Shown: positions 62,901 through 64,000 of the stretch, in pieces
Position numbering within the stretch: the first letter of the stretch is position 1
How the letters are laid out: every line of letters begins with the position of its first letter
Assembly (NCBI GenBank): GCA_047495785.1
Contig: JBLDXI010000013.1
Coordinates: 2,728,001 to 2,792,000 of the forward strand
Origin: Lepidodermella squamata
Taxonomy: Eukaryota > Animalia > Gastrotricha
Length of the DNA: 64,000 nucleotides
Direction: 5' to 3'
Position numbers and translations under genes: made by a program
Notes under the pieces: model-generated
The model's input: only the letters and a program-made list of their open reading frames with translations
What the model was told of the DNA's origin: nothing
The model's database searches: none

Positions 62901-64000
62901 GCAAAAACTTTGATGCATGAATCTTTCCTCCATTTTTTGTAATTTAAATTAAAATGACACGTTTACGAAAGATGCTCCCGTTTTGCGCCAGAAATAGGCG
63001 GTCAGATTGTCAACGAAAAAAACACTCCTAAATCTACGAAAAACAGAACTGAAAATTTGGTTAATATTCATCAAGTTGCGTCCGGTAAGCACTCGGGCAC
63101 GGGCATCGACCAGCGGCCCGATGATTGGCAGGTGATAGCGTCCTCAGGTCCGGTTATCGAATAGCCGGGGAAGCAGCGGTAGATCGCCTGAGATCCAACG
63201 ATAAAGCCCTGAACTTCAACGACGCCGTTTTGAATCTGCGGCGGTTCAACGCAGTCAGCAGCTATAAATCGACGAAGAAATACAAAATAGTTGAAATTAT
63301 CTCAGAATAAGTCGCGTCAATCTCAGCAACAAAAATGTAAAAGCAAAGTTGTAAGGAACAAATTAGAAATAAAATGAAGAGAAAAATCGCGAGCCTAAAC
63401 TCTATAAAAATTAGATTTGATCTGGAATCCTTCCAACAAATTTCCCATCCATAAAAAATCGATAACTGATAACTCTTTGAAATAAAAATAAGGGAAAAAC
63501 TAATAAATTCACACACAGACACTCGGAAACATAATATCCTATCACCAAGGAAAATTTACCTTGTTCCAAATCTGAAAGGCCTGGTATAAAATTGAAAGAT
63601 TTTAATTGAGTGCTTTCTTGATTCGCGGAATTTTCTCTTCAATTTTTATTTCATTCTTTGCTAAATATTATTTCGCATACCGACGCAGGACGGAATGGCA
63701 GACCAGGCGCCGTTCTGCCCGCAGGTTATGGTCGGGTCTCCCAGCATTTGATACCGAGGTTTACACCGATAAGTAGCCGACGATCCGAACGAGTAGCCAG
63801 TCAGGCGTAAAATTTCCGCATTGGAAACGGCTGGCGGGCCGTAGCAGACAACCTCGCGGCAAACGGGCGGTTCGCTCCACGAGCCAGACGGGCTGCAACT
63901 GACAACCGGGTTGCCGATGATGCGGTAGCCGGACTGGCACGTGTACGTCGCCAAAGCGCCGACAACTGTGCTGCTGTACGCCACGTCCGAGTTGGAAACC
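59938..64000 (-). CDS. Multi-Sushi/CCP-domain extracellular protein, 3' part (5' end beyond window)
   Basis: At least 9 CCP modules (C..PP...Y.C..G(F/Y).L.G...I.C...G.WS..P.C) in exons near 63984-63680, 63260-63095, 62300-62110, 62046-61655, 61600-61215 and 61140-60980; then a Thr/Pro linker, a beta-rich domain and a basic tail; no TM. Confidence 0.9.

Overview
Gene-dense DNA from a compact invertebrate animal genome: canonical GT-AG introns mostly about 45-60 bp, plus several large intronless exons. No prokaryotic features, rRNA, tRNA or CRISPR array were recognised. In order: a non-autonomous CACTA/EnSpm-like DNA transposon (548-1511); a DUSP22/15-type phosphatase; four tandem MARVEL genes; UBE3B; a TMC channel; a BRAT1-like ARM protein; a stand-alone ABCC10-type TMD0 membrane protein; DDX1; a CLC-6/7-family anion transporter; a Ser/Lys-rich coiled-coil gene (possibly FLASH-like); NUDT21; two tandem CHMP4 genes; NDUFA10; a LIM-only Ajuba/LIMD1/WTIP-like gene; GABARAPL2; MRPL39; PSMB5; a TIR-less LRR receptor; DDX27; and the 3' part of a multi-Sushi protein. 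Most notable: (i) co-oriented gene runs with gaps as small as 53 and 59 bp and apparently unpaired splice acceptors just upstream of start codons, suggesting operons resolved by spliced-leader trans-splicing; (ii) a CLC gene with a degenerate selectivity motif (GSGIP to GGGVA) and up to five in-frame alternative first exons; (iii) a free-standing ABCC TMD0 domain. All family calls come from remembered motifs and manual exon joining, not database searches.
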